Source: Elsinoe ampelina
Taxonomy: Eukaryota
Direction of reading: 5' to 3'
NCBI GenBank assembly: GCA_010093995.1
Contig: ML992533.1
Span: 1 to 54,294, forward strand
Length of the DNA: 54,294 nt
The position numbers and the translations under genes were made by a program. Within the stretch, counting starts at the first letter, position 1. Every line of letters begins with the position of its first letter. The notes under the pieces are model-generated. The model was not told the origin of the DNA. It worked only from the letters and a program-made list of their open reading frames with translations, and did no database searches. Positions 31,982 to 43,452 of this stretch are shown piece by piece.

Positions 31982-34263
31982 CTATCCTCGATGTTTACCC
32001 AACGCTCCAGAATCTTCAGCCAGCTTTACGATATGCTTTAGTGTCAGCCGTTCCTGCTTGGTGAACTTGTGTATCTTGTCACTGATCAGGCAGCACATGT
32101 TGTTCTGCTCCAACCGCCAATCCGCCTCAGTAGCACCGTGCTTCATCTCGCTCATGTATACCTCAAACTTGGACAGCTTGGCGTGGTCGGCATCAAATTT
32201 GTTGTCCATGATCCAGCCATTGAACCAGAGCGGTCTACCCTTGCGGTCCAGGTGTAGTAGCTGAGGTGCGCAGATGGTGTAATTCTTCGTCGGCTCGGTG
32301 CCGGTGGACAGGTCTGCGTCGTTATTCAAGCTGCCGCCAAGCGCATTCACCTCGCCATCACTATCGTCGCGACGAGGGACTGTGGCGCGCTTCACCCTGG
32401 CCTTGGGCTTCTCTTCCACTGCTGCTGCAGGCTTATCTCCCAATGGACCTTCGGCCGCAGGTGCTGCTGCCGGATCTGCTGCTTCATCCTTGACTGCGCC
32501 CTCAGCGGCCGGCTTGCCTTCCAATTCCGCCTTCTCTTTCGCCACTTCAGCTTCCTTCTGGTCCTTGACTGACTCGGCCGGTTTAGCATCGTCTAAGGAC
32601 TTTTCCGGTTCCTCTGCTTTTGTCGTCTCGGCTTCGTCCTCGATAGGAGTCTCTTGGGAGTCGTCAGATGTAGCGATCCCTTTCAGAGCATCCTTGATGT
32701 CCTCGTACGCTACGCCCATATTTCCAGCATTCCCAGGGTGGAATGCGTAGTCCGAATCGCCGACCAGCTCCCAACCGAGCCAGAATGTCTCTTTGTCGCC
32801 TGGCGATCATTAGTCTCCGAAGACAATTTCGAAGAGGATCTGCACTTACCATAAACCATGTCATAGGTTCCCACGATACCCTTGTCCTTGTCACCATCAC
32901 GATCCGGGCCATTCATCCTCGTCACAAAGAGAAGAGCCATAAAGTGCCGCCACTTGTCTACAACCACAACGCCCGACTCTTGCATGTGTCCACTCTCACC
33001 CGTCCAGAATCGACTGTGACGCACTTTCCTGGACATTGGTTTGGGCAAAATCTGTTGTAGCCACTTTCGCTTCGACTCGGGGAACATCAATCGATCGCGG
33101 AAGAAAAGGGCGCCATTCTCCTCATACGCTTCATCCTCGAACAGAACTTCGGGCGTGACAAAGAACTGGGCGTCGGCGTCGATAAAGATGGCTTCACGGA
33201 AGGATGAGAGGAGAATGGCGAAAGGCTTGCCGGCCCACCCCTTCAGCTGCCATCCCTCATCTCGGACCATCTGCTCCATGTCGCGGGTGATGACACCGGG
33301 TAGTGCTTCCAGCTCGGACCGTGAGTCATCGCCCAAGTCATCGTCGCCGAGATACATAATCTCGACGGGCAGATTGCAGCCGAGTTTCCGCAAAGCTTTG
33401 ACCGAGGTAAGCATGTAGGACAACTGGCCATCGCCACCGGACAGCACGATACCGCGCCCGCCGTATCGTATCGAGGCGTGAAGGCTCATGTGATCGGCGA
33501 AGTAGGGTGCGGTGAAGGGGAAGAGAAGGTCGGACATCTTGGTGAGAAAGTACCTGAAGCCTTCATACGACCGGATGATCTCTGCACGACCCTTGGAGTG
33601 ACTAATGGCTGAGAGGTCCTTGACTTTGCTGAGGTAGTTGACGATGTCGTCCCTGATGGTGATGGTCTTCTTGCCGTGTACGAAGTGAATCTCCTCCCAG
33701 GCTTCCAGAAAGGTGCGGAACGCGCGAGCTCTGAGGCCTAGCTCGCGCAGGCGCTCCTTGCCAGAGTTCTCAATGGGACGAAGCAGCTCTCGTAGATGGA
33801 GCTCGTCGGGCATGATGGCGAACACATGCTTGAGATCGCTTTCGAGCTTCTTGGAGACTTCATCCTTGACCTCGATCTCCTTTTCCTTTGGTTTGCTTGC
33901 TTTTGTCCGCGACCTCTCTTCGTGCTCCGTTTCCTCGTCCTCTTCAACACCTTTGCTGGCTTCCTTGGTTGGTCTGCGAGGCTCGTCGTTGAGGGGGACC
34001 TGATCGGTCTTTGCTCTACTGTGGGTATCCAAACCTAGCTCTTCAGCGATCCGCGATCGAGGTGCGGTCCTTGGTTTGACGACATCCTCGGATGCCCACC
34101 CAGCAGGATTGCCGGTGTTGATCACGACCAAATAGATGAAGCTAACAATGAGGACTGCTATCAGCACTCTCACCCACCGGGGTTGTCTCCGCCGCTTGGC
34201 GTAGAATTTGTACATGTCCTCCTTGAAGGGAAATGATGGCGATTGAGGTTCGAGTTTGGACAT
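31982..34263 (-). CDS. GT71 alpha-mannosyltransferase (Mnn1/Mnt-like), type II membrane protein; intron 32800-32849
   Basis: N-terminal TM anchor, GRGIV, LPVEIMY, KPFAILLSSFREAIFIDAD (DxD), MQESGVVVVDK, YGDKETFWLG. Confidence 0.9.
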
Positions 34264-35923
34264 GGCTGGCGATTCGAGGTGGTCAGTCCAAAAGCGTCTG
34301 ACCGAACACTAAGGTACTGCAAAGACGTCCTCAATTGACGACCATCGGCGGGGTGATTGACTTAGGGCAGCGCCCGGCGTTAGATTCTTCTCGTCAAACA
34401 GTCGGCGAACGCAAACGAGAGATCACAGTGTCGAGGCTGAATTGTTTTCGGATGCCAGATTGCACAAGCACCTGTCACAGGGGCAAGGAAGCTCGATGCG
34501 GTGCGTGGGCTCGTGTTCACTGCAGAGCCGTTAAGCTACCAGCTCAAGTCCAATCATGGTTCGGCGGAGGGCTGCAGCTCAACGTCGAAGCAGCAGTAAG
34601 ATGAGAGAATGGTTGACAGGAGGATGAAGGGAGCAGAGGAAGGGTCAAAGTCGCACAGGCGACGGCGAAGGCGTCCCATACCCTCCTCGAGATACGGAGA
34701 ATCCTCCCACCTCGTGTTTGGGGCTTTGGGACTGGAAGAATAAGCAAACGGAGCGAGAATGGACTTGGAGGACCCTCCCGAATTGGGATTCTGGCGTTCT
34801 GGAAGATGGGTTTGATTGGTCTCCTTTAACGAGAACCACTTAAATTCGGTCCACGGGCAAAGTGATCGACAGCCCGGTGTGAGCTAAAGAACGACAAGCA
34901 ATAGATTCCAGCTTTGCCCTCTTCGGCGTTCAGCTGAGCCCATGCAGATGCGGTGGCACATTTGAGAGCATGCATGGTCATCTCCTGCGGCTTGATCACT
35001 ATCATCAGATCGCGAGAGAGCAGCTGACTGTGTGGCAATACGGTCTGCATTGATTCAGAACATTCTATCGCCTGACCTTGGACCCGGAATTTCTTCCTGT
35101 TCGAGCTCCCCGGCCCGGTCCTACTCCACACTCGGATCGCTCACTCATGCTAAATATGCAGGGCCAGATGCTTGACCAGGTATCATTTCAGGCTCAGCTG
35201 GAATAGTGTATCTCGCTCTCTGGCGACACGATAAGATTTCTTGCGAGAATGTGTCAGTCTTGTGTTCGCTTCCGAGTGATTGGTCACGTTGATGCAGACG
35301 TGGTGGTCACAGTGAGTAGACATCAAAGTCACCCCTCGTTTGGCGCAGCAGTTGGTAGTCCGCAGCCTCTCAACAACTCGTTGTTCAGTCTAGGAAATTA
35401 TATGCGGAGTCAGTGATGTTATCATCATCGTCAGAAAATGCCGGTTTTGGTCAATTGTCTCGACGGAAGATTGTTTGTGGATCTCATACCTTATCGTCGG
35501 CGGAGCGGAACTCATGTCTTGTTCTCGGACTGCCACTCGTATCTTGTTCTTGGCGAAGTGGAAATCACATGTATTTTATCGCCCATGTTATCGACGGCGG
35601 ACTGCAGACCCCATCGTCGTGGGGCAGCGGGGTGATGAGAAGAGCACGCCATATTGGCCGACGTCATGGCAATCCCTCGGTCGAGCCGCCGATCCCAACC
35701 CACGTGCAGCTCCTCTGACATCCATCCCATTGGCTACTCCCACCCTAACAGACAAGATCCGAAAAAGGTTGGAGGATCATGGCATGGCACTACAGACGAC
35801 GAGGATACAAGATGCTGGGTTTTCCCAGCCTCTCTCGTCTTTGTGGATATAACCCCCTTCTTCACTACACCTCCCCACCATTTGCTCACCTCACCCCTCC
35901 ACAAATCCCCATCTCTCTCCGCC

Positions 35924-37551
35924 ATGTCGTCACTACCTAGGTCTGACACCAAGGAGGTGGACAATCTGGCAGGACACAATGGTGATCCAGATGTCGATGA
36001 GGTGGAATCTTTGAACAAGCAAGACTTGCTTTCCCTTGAGCACACCGATCCCGTGCTCAATGCAAAGATGAATCTCATCAACAATGCTATTGACGAGATC
36101 GGTTTTACTCCGTATCACTGGAAACTTTTCTGTCTGAATGGTTTTGGGTAAGGAGAACGTGGTCTTGATAGATCACTCGACTGATAGCTGACAGGTACGC
36201 TGTCGACTCGCTGGTCCTCCTACTGCAGTCTATCATTGCTGGTCAAGCGGCACTGGAGTTCCGGCCATCATTCCCCAACGGTCTCACCATCGCGGCATAT
36301 GTCGGTATGCTGGTAGGCGCGCTGTTCTGGGGCTTGTCCGCAGATGTGATCGGACGCCGCTTTGCATTCAACTTCTCTCTGCTCCTTTGCTCCATCTTCG
36401 CCATCGTTGCTGGAGCTGCACCGAATTGGTACGTCCTCGGCCTTTTCGTCTGTCTGTCCGCTTTCGGTGCTGGTGGCAATTTGGTTCTGGATACTGCAGT
36501 ATTTCTCGAGTTCTTGCCTTCGAAACAGCAGTGGCTCTTGACATTGATGGCTAGTTGGTGGGGTATTGGTCAACTCATCGCCGGTCTGTTCGCATGGGCT
36601 TTCCTGCCGAACTACTCGTGTGCTGACGAGGCGAGCTGTACCCGAGCCAACAATCAAGGATGGCGTTATGTATGGTTTGCCAGTGGTGCACTGGTCTTCG
36701 TCATGAGTCTCGCTCGCATTACAATCATTCGGTTAAAGGAGACACCAAAATACCTGGTAGGCGAAGGCAAGGATGCCGAAGTCGTCGATTCACTTCGGTA
36801 CATTGCGAACAAATACAATCGACCATGCAGTCTCACATTGGAAAGGATGCAAGAATGCGGAGTCACTGGAGCTTACTACTCGCAAGATGGACAAAGTGCG
36901 CCAAGGAAGATCGGCTTCTCCTTCAGCGGAGTATTTGCTCACATCAGGGGGCTATTTCAAACCAGGAGACTCGCTCTATCGACCTCTTTAATGTGGCTCA
37001 GCTGGCTGCTAATAGGTTTGGCTTATCCTCTTTTCAATGTTTTCCTACCAACATACCTGGAAACACGAGGTGCACGACTCGGAGACGGGTCCCAGTACAC
37101 CAGGTGGCGAAACTATGCACTAGCAAATTTCAGCGGCATTCCCAGCCCCATTCTGGCAGGCTTCATGTGCAAGAGCAAGTTTTTCCGGGGCAGGCGCGGG
37201 ACCATGATCATTGGCGCTCTTCTGACCATGGTCTTCTTCTTCGCCTACACCCAGGTCCGGACGGCCGAGCAAAATGTGGGTTTCACTTGCACAATCAACT
37301 TCTGTCTCAACATCTATTACGGTACCCTGTATGCATACACGCCAGAAGTTCTGCCATCAGCTCATCGAGGAACCGGCAATGGTATCGCCATTGGACTTAA
37401 TCGGATCATGGGAATCATGAGTGCAGTGGTCGCCACCTTCGCCGACACTAGTACGGCTGTACCAATCTACATCTGTGCCGCACTGTACATTGTCATGGCT
37501 ATCGTGGCTGGAGCGTTCCCGTTCGAGCCGATGGGGAGGCGGAGTTCCTGA
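35924..37551 (+). CDS. Major facilitator superfamily transporter; intron 36148-36194
   Basis: LFCLNGFGYAVDS, motif A WGLSADVIGRR, GAGGN...EFLP, ETPKYL, YTPEVLPSAHRGTG; about 12 TM segments. Confidence 0.92.
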
Positions 37552-37700
37552 TCGGGGAAAATTGCATCTTAGGTTGGAATTGTGTAGCAAGATACCCAAA
37601 AAGGACAAGCTCGGTCCAATTGAAATATCATCTCGTTTGCCATTATCGTCGTCTATGAAGTCACCTTGGGGTATCACAACTCCGCACCCATGCTACTGAT

Positions 37701-38524
37701 CTAACTCAACTCAGCCACCGGCCTCCCATTCGCATCCACGTGTCCCGTCTGCTGCACCTGCTGACCCTGCTGCTGTTGCTGCATCTGCGGATTCGGAGCA
37801 TACTGTCCCTGCTGACCATCCCTGACGTCCTGCCCCGGCTGGCCAGGGTGCTGACTCGCCGTCTGCTGCGCCTTCCTCGCCGCCTCACTGAGTTCTACCG
37901 CCCCACCCGCGCTCACCGTTGCGAGCGCCAAGTTGCATTGCGAGCAGTAGTGCTCGACGTCCTTGCAGTCGTCCATGACGCAAGGGATCCAGGCGCAGAG
38001 ACACCCGACGCAGAGACAGATGACGACGGACCAGATGGTGGCGCGTTGACCGACGTGTCGCTCAATGCGAGTCTTGACAGCCTGTTGGCAGCGGGGACAG
38101 TCCACGGTAGTCTCGGTGCGACCAATGGCGGTCAAGGGTGTGACCATTGTTGGGGCAGGGCCGGGCTGCGGACCGTTGGGCTTCTCGGTCTCGCCGTAGC
38201 GTTCGTGAATGGCGGCGTCGTAGGTGGGTGGGGCGGGGTGGACCTCGGGGTGGCCATTGGGGTGGCCATTGGGGGCGGTGGGTGGCGCGGTGCTGGCAGG
38301 GATGGAGCCGGGAGTGGGAGAAGTTCCGCGGGAGACAGGCCCGTCCTGGATGCCAGTGGAGTTTGGGGAGATTGGCGATGCTGTTGAATAGGTCAGTCAT
38401 GAACGAGAAGGACTATTGAAAATGAGGACTCACGCATGTAGCTGGCTTCGGACTGCTCCGGATGTAGATGTGGCTGATGCTGCTCGTGCTGCTGCTCAGG
38501 GGCCAGTATTTTCTCAGAAGCCAT
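37701..38524 (-). CDS. LITAF-like zinc-ribbon domain protein; intron 38381-38433
   Basis: Pro-rich N-terminus with PPTY, then CPRC...hydrophobic Cys-rich stretch...KDVEHYCSQC, and a Q-rich tail. Confidence 0.85.
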
Positions 38525-39059
38525 GTCGGCTGATTATTTCGAAGGGTTTCGTTGGGAGTAATGTTTTGGAAGTGGAAATGTATGGTTAAGGTCGAACAGA
38601 AGGAAACATCCCTCACATGGAATCTGTCAGCCCGACTGCGCCTTCGTAGGCCGAAGTGTTGTTTCTCTTCTCCGCCGCGCCGCAGTCAATCAAGGCAAAT
38701 TTGAGCGCATTTCTGGGCGATCGAATGTTAAGTTTGAGACATCCCTGGTCCACTCGCTAAATTAAAAAGACGGACAGGGTCTTTTTTCGGTCGCTAGACC
38801 AGTTTCAGCATGGTAGAACGAGCCGCAATTTCTGCTATTTTGAGACCTGGCACTTTCAGGCAAAGAGATCACGCTCGCCATTGGCGATGCACTGGAAGAC
38901 ATTTGCAATCAGAACATGAACACCTACATGTTCATTCGAGGAAGCATAAGGCGTAGCTCGAGACTGATTCCACAAAATTAGTCGGAGGTAGGTCTTTTAT
39001 TATGTTCGTCCAAGGGTTGTCGTGTTGTTGTACCCCACGAAGTGTTTCGGCCCCCCTCG

Positions 39060-39069
39060 TTATCGATAA
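39060..39069. promoter_or_regulatory. Palindromic TTATCGATAA element upstream of RMT2
   Basis: Perfect 10-bp palindrome followed by an A-tract ~105 bp before the ATG. Function is inferred only. Confidence 0.35.
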
Positions 39070-39172
39070 GCAAAAAAAAGTAACAAATGGAATGCTTCAA
39101 TAGTCGGGTCATGAGCAGACGACGCAGCTTTCCCAAGACAACTCTCTAGTTGCCAACTCCACGATCGTCAAA

Positions 39173-40453
39173 ATGGATCAAGAGATGGAAGTCAACGTCG
39201 ACCTCGATACAGCTACATCCGAGATTCTGCTTGCTGCAACCAACCACGACACTGGGACCTTGAAGACGCTACTCAAGACCGGATCTGCGAATGTACGAGA
39301 TGAGGATACGAGAACCACACCGCTCCATGCAGCTTTGCTGGCCTGCGAGGACGCGGATGTAAATGGGGAACCGCAAGGTGAGGGAGACGAAGGTGACGCA
39401 ATCTCTGGCAAGGCATTACAAGAGGAGGGAGCAATGAAGACCATTCGACTGCTATTCGAGAACGGTGCCATCTGGAACGACCTTGACACAAACAACGAGA
39501 CTCCTGGCTGCCTAGCATTGCGACTTGGACTCAAGCAAGCATATGAGCTGATCGTGGAAGCTGGCGTGAGGGCAGAACTTTTGCTCAATCGATTGGACGA
39601 ATTCGAGATGCTCGGAGATGGGGACGAAGATGAGGACACGGACGATGGGGAGGAGTACGTGGAGGTCGAGATGCAGAACGGTCATGATTTGGCAGAGGCA
39701 GAGAACAGTAATGACGTGAATGGGGATGGTGAGGAGGAAGTACCGGAGCTGGTCGAAGCCTCGAAAAGTATGGTTGACCTCGAAGCCGACGTCACAAGCG
39801 CGAGATACCTCGCCTCTGAGCTCACCTTCGGAGGCGATCGATTATTGGACGCGGATGACAATGGAGTGATGATGGCGTGGGAGACTGACCTTATGCGCCA
39901 TAGCGCTGACCTGCTGGTTCCTGGAGAAGGCAAGAGGGTCTTGAACGTTGGGCACGGTATGGGCATAATCGATGGTATATTGCAAGAGAAGAAGCCGGCA
40001 GAGCACCACATCATCGAAGCTCACCCTGCTGTCCTTGAGCGATTGAGGAGCCAAGGATGGGCTAACAGGCCTGGCGTGCACGTACACGAGGGACGGTGGC
40101 AGGACGTTGTGCCGAAGCTTGTCGCCGAGGGTGCAATGTTCGATGCGATCTATTTCGATACGTTTGCCGAAGACTACAAAGACCTCCGAGAATTCTTTAG
40201 CGAATACGTCATCGCTCTACTGGACCCGGACGGACGATTCGGGTTCTTCAACGGCCTGGGTGCAGACCGGCAAGTCTGCTACGACGTCTATACCAAGATC
40301 GTTGAGATGGACCTCTTCGAGGCTGGACTGGACACCGAGTGGAAGGAGATCGACGTTTCGGACCTGGACAAGGCAGGCGAGTGGGAAGGCGTGCGCCGAA
40401 AGTACTGGGCATTACCGACCTACCGTCTTCCAGTCGCCACATTCATCGGCTGA
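39173..40453 (+). CDS. RMT2: Arginine N-methyltransferase 2 (type IV, ankyrin-like N-terminus)
   Basis: TPLHAA, GAIWNDLD..NETPGC, GVMMAWE, VLNVGHGMGI, IIEAHP, FDAIYFDTF, FFNGLGAD. Confidence 0.93.
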   Translation: MDQEMEVNVDLDTATSEILLAATNHDTGTLKTLLKTGSANVRDEDTRTTPLHAALLACEDADVNGEPQGEGDEGDAISGKALQEEGAMKTIRLLFENGAIWNDLDTNNETPGCLALRLGLKQAYELIVEAGVRAELLLNRLDEFEMLGDGDEDEDTDDGEEYVEVEMQNGHDLAEAENSNDVNGDGEEEVPELVEASKSMVDLEADVTSARYLASELTFGGDRLLDADDNGVMMAWETDLMRHSADLLVPGEGKRVLNVGHGMGIIDGILQEKKPAEHHIIEAHPAVLERLRSQGWANRPGVHVHEGRWQDVVPKLVAEGAMFDAIYFDTFAEDYKDLREFFSEYVIALLDPDGRFGFFNGLGADRQVCYDVYTKIVEMDLFEAGLDTEWKEIDVSDLDKAGEWEGVRRKYWALPTYRLPVATFIG

Positions 40454-40477
40454 AAGGCAACCACCTTGGCATCCACT

Positions 40478-41746
40478 TCATGCCTTCCAGCTTGACAGTA
40501 GCTGGTTGCTCGGATGGCTGAATTCATCCACAACTTTCTCAGCAGTCGCGACTCCGTATACAGGCAGCCGTTTGAGTCCTTTGCTCCGCATATGCTGTGG
40601 CACCAACTTCGGGTCAAGCAAGCCGATCTGAACGAGGACACTGGCCTGATCCCAGTACAGATGCTCGTGATAAAGCTTCCCGCCACGGATGTTGACCACG
40701 CCCACGAGCGCAATCTTGACGTGACAATGGGTGGGCGGGACATCTGGAAGCATCCACGGCACTTCTTGGGTGTGGTCGAAGGATATGATCATCTCATCAA
40801 CGACCCTGTCCGTGCCTATTGTGCGGCTAACCAGGTCCACTTTCATGCTTGGCGGGTTCTTAGGGATGAAATAGTCTCGATAGAACCTGAACAGGTCCTG
40901 CTTTCCAATACCGCCAGTAAGAGTGGGAATGTGATTGACGTACCTGACAGAGTTAAACCTATCTTCTCTTCCTACTCGACACAAGCTACTCACGGCTCAT
41001 CCACCATTGTACGCATCGTCGCGGCAGCGTCCTTGGTTGCAAACTCCACTGCGACTCATTAACCACAACCTCACTGGATGTAGCGAGGTAGACCAACAAG
41101 CAACGTGATCCTCCCAGACCCTTTCAAGGTTCACCTCGATCTTGAATGCTTTCCTTACCACAGCAAGAGACCTGGACCACGCTAATGCGGCGGCGACCTT
41201 GTCAAACTGATTAGAGTCATGCTCAGCGAAGCTTGGCTTGGTGTTGGGATACAGGTAGTGGTCGAAAGCTGGTGCAAAGTTCTGCGAAGATGCGAGATGG
41301 ACGACGCCCTTCAGGCTTGGGTGGAATCTATCGTTGTGGGTCGGCATGGACGTCGGATAGTATGCCACGAGAGCACAGAGGCGGTGAATGGCTTCATTAG
41401 CTGCATACAGGCAGACTCCAGCGGCGGCACCATAGGCTGTGTATCTCAACACCTGCGGTCAATACATGCTAGATAGGCACGTACCAGCGATAGCAAAATG
41501 CTCCCCTTGCTCGAGATCCTCGCCCAATAGATCCAGGTTCCTTGTGTATGCTCTGGCATCGCCGGTGAAGGGTAATAGCTGAACATCGAACCCTTCTTCT
41601 TGCCAGTGTGAGATTATCGTTGGGTCGAATTGGGGTCCGTCACAGGCGATGTACAACTGTGGCTTGTCCTGCATGGTGAGGTGAACTAGTGGGGCGGATC
41701 TGCTCCAACCAAAGCCGGGCACAGGTCCTGGGGTGATATGGGCCAC
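40478..41746 (-). CDS. Dienelactone-hydrolase-like plus NTF2/SnoaL-like domain protein (at least 3 introns; start uncertain, ATG candidate 41674)
   Basis: Spliced exons give FAIAAYG, ALVAYYP, AWSRSLAVVRK, EFATKDAAATMRTMVDEPYVNHIPTLTGGIG, SRTIGTDRVVDE, HEHLYWDQASVL. Confidence 0.75.
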
Positions 41747-42230
41747 TGAATTCAGGTCGTCAGAATGAGTTCAAAGAGCAAGACAGAGCGCTTTGCGGGA
41801 AATACATTTCAATTTCACTTTTGACTGTGCTCGAAGATGCGGCCGCTGTCAGCGGACGTTTCGTCACCGCCGGGCATGCCAAGACCAGCCGCGGGGCCCC
41901 GGAAATATCTGATGATGCCCCGGAAATCTGAGAGCTTCAATTTCTGCACATCCATTTATCCATTTGCTCACACGATAAGGTACAGCAGATTGGATACTTC
42001 GAATCCTCGACTACCGCACGCTCCAGGACCTCCGATATACGTCTAGTCTAGGAGACCCGCAGACCCTACGCCCCTTTTTTTCTCCACAACCTCGGGTCCT
42101 ACCACATCCCACCATCTCCCTCCTCCGTTCCCTCCTCGCCGCCATAGGCCGCAAACACAAACCCCACCGCCAACAAGGCGGCCACCGCCCCAAGAACCCC
42201 AGCCGCGGCGCCATCGGCCGCCTGTTCGGC

Positions 42231-43397
42231 ATGGGGCAAGACTCCTCCACGCCCATCGACGAGAGCGTGCCCCCGGAGACGCTCACCTCGCGCACCCTTG
42301 ATGGACTCGCGGCGTACATCAAGTCCGGGCGGGCGAAGAAGATCGTGATCATGGCTGGGGCAGGCATCTCGACGTCAGCGGGGATACCGGACTTTCGCTC
42401 GCCGGACACGGGGCTGTATGCGAATCTGGCGAGGCTGAATCTACCGTTTGCTGAGGCGGTGTTTGATATTGGTTTCTTCAGGCAGAATCCTTTGCCATTT
42501 TATACCCTGGCGAAAGAGCTGTACCCGGGAAAGTATAGGCCGACGGTGACGCATAGCTTCTTTCGGCTGTTGCAGGACAAGGGGTTATTGTTGAAGGTGT
42601 TCACGCAGAATATCGATTGTTTGGAGCGGGAAGCTGGGGTGAAGGATGAGATGATTGTGGAGGCGCACGGGAGTTTTGCGAAGCAGAGCTGCATTGAGTG
42701 TAAGAGAGGGTTCCCGGACAAGGAAATGAAGGGATATGTGGAGAGGGGGAAGGTGCCGAAGTGCAAGGACTGCAACGGACTCGTCAAGCCGGAGATTGTC
42801 TTCTTTGGTGAGCAGCTCCCAGAGGTGTTTCACAAGAATCGCGAGCTCCCGGCTCGAGCAGACTTGTGCATTGTGCTGGGGACGAGCTTGCAGGTCCAAC
42901 CATTCGCGAGCCTGCCGAGTTTCTGCGGCGACGGAGTACCGAGGGTTCTGATCAACAAGGAGCAGGTGGGCGGACTGGGCAGCCGGACAGATGACGTGCT
43001 CATGCTCGGAGACTGTGATCAGGGCGTTCGGAAGCTGGCCGAGGCTTGTGGATGGGCCGATGAGCTGGAAGCGTTGTGGGCGAAGACAGCACCAAAGAAT
43101 GCTGGGGATCTCGGCCGCGAGCAGGCCACGGAGCCAAGGAGCAAGGATGAGAAGGTGCAGGATGAGGTGGACAAGCTTACAAAAGAGGTCGAGGATACGC
43201 TGAGCATTTCCAAATGGCACACCGACAGAGTACGGCAAGAACATATCGACGAGGACAGGAAGAAGGCTGGCGCGAGCTCAGAAGGCGCAGCGAAAAGTAG
43301 ACCGACTGGAGGCAGCTCCGATACCATGCATTACGACGGCCAGATGGCAAATGGTCTGAGCCATGTGTTCCCACATCTCGAGAAACCTTCACTGTAG
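42231..43397 (+). CDS. NAD-dependent deacetylase, class I sirtuin (SIRT2/Hst2-like)
   Basis: GAGISTSAGIPDFRS, FTQNID, EAHGSF, CxxC...CxxC, KPEIVFFGE, GTSLQVQPF. Confidence 0.93.
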   Translation: MGQDSSTPIDESVPPETLTSRTLDGLAAYIKSGRAKKIVIMAGAGISTSAGIPDFRSPDTGLYANLARLNLPFAEAVFDIGFFRQNPLPFYTLAKELYPGKYRPTVTHSFFRLLQDKGLLLKVFTQNIDCLEREAGVKDEMIVEAHGSFAKQSCIECKRGFPDKEMKGYVERGKVPKCKDCNGLVKPEIVFFGEQLPEVFHKNRELPARADLCIVLGTSLQVQPFASLPSFCGDGVPRVLINKEQVGGLGSRTDDVLMLGDCDQGVRKLAEACGWADELEALWAKTAPKNAGDLGREQATEPRSKDEKVQDEVDKLTKEVEDTLSISKWHTDRVRQEHIDEDRKKAGASSEGAAKSRPTGGSSDTMHYDGQMANGLSHVFPHLEKPSL

Positions 43398-43452
43398 ATA
43401 CCCCACGCATATTCGACGACGTTATGAGATGTCATGTATCGTTCTTTCATTT

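Noticed and set aside
16224..43397. NAD cluster (BNA6 plus sirtuin)
   Set aside because: The genes are 25 kb apart with many unrelated housekeeping genes between them.
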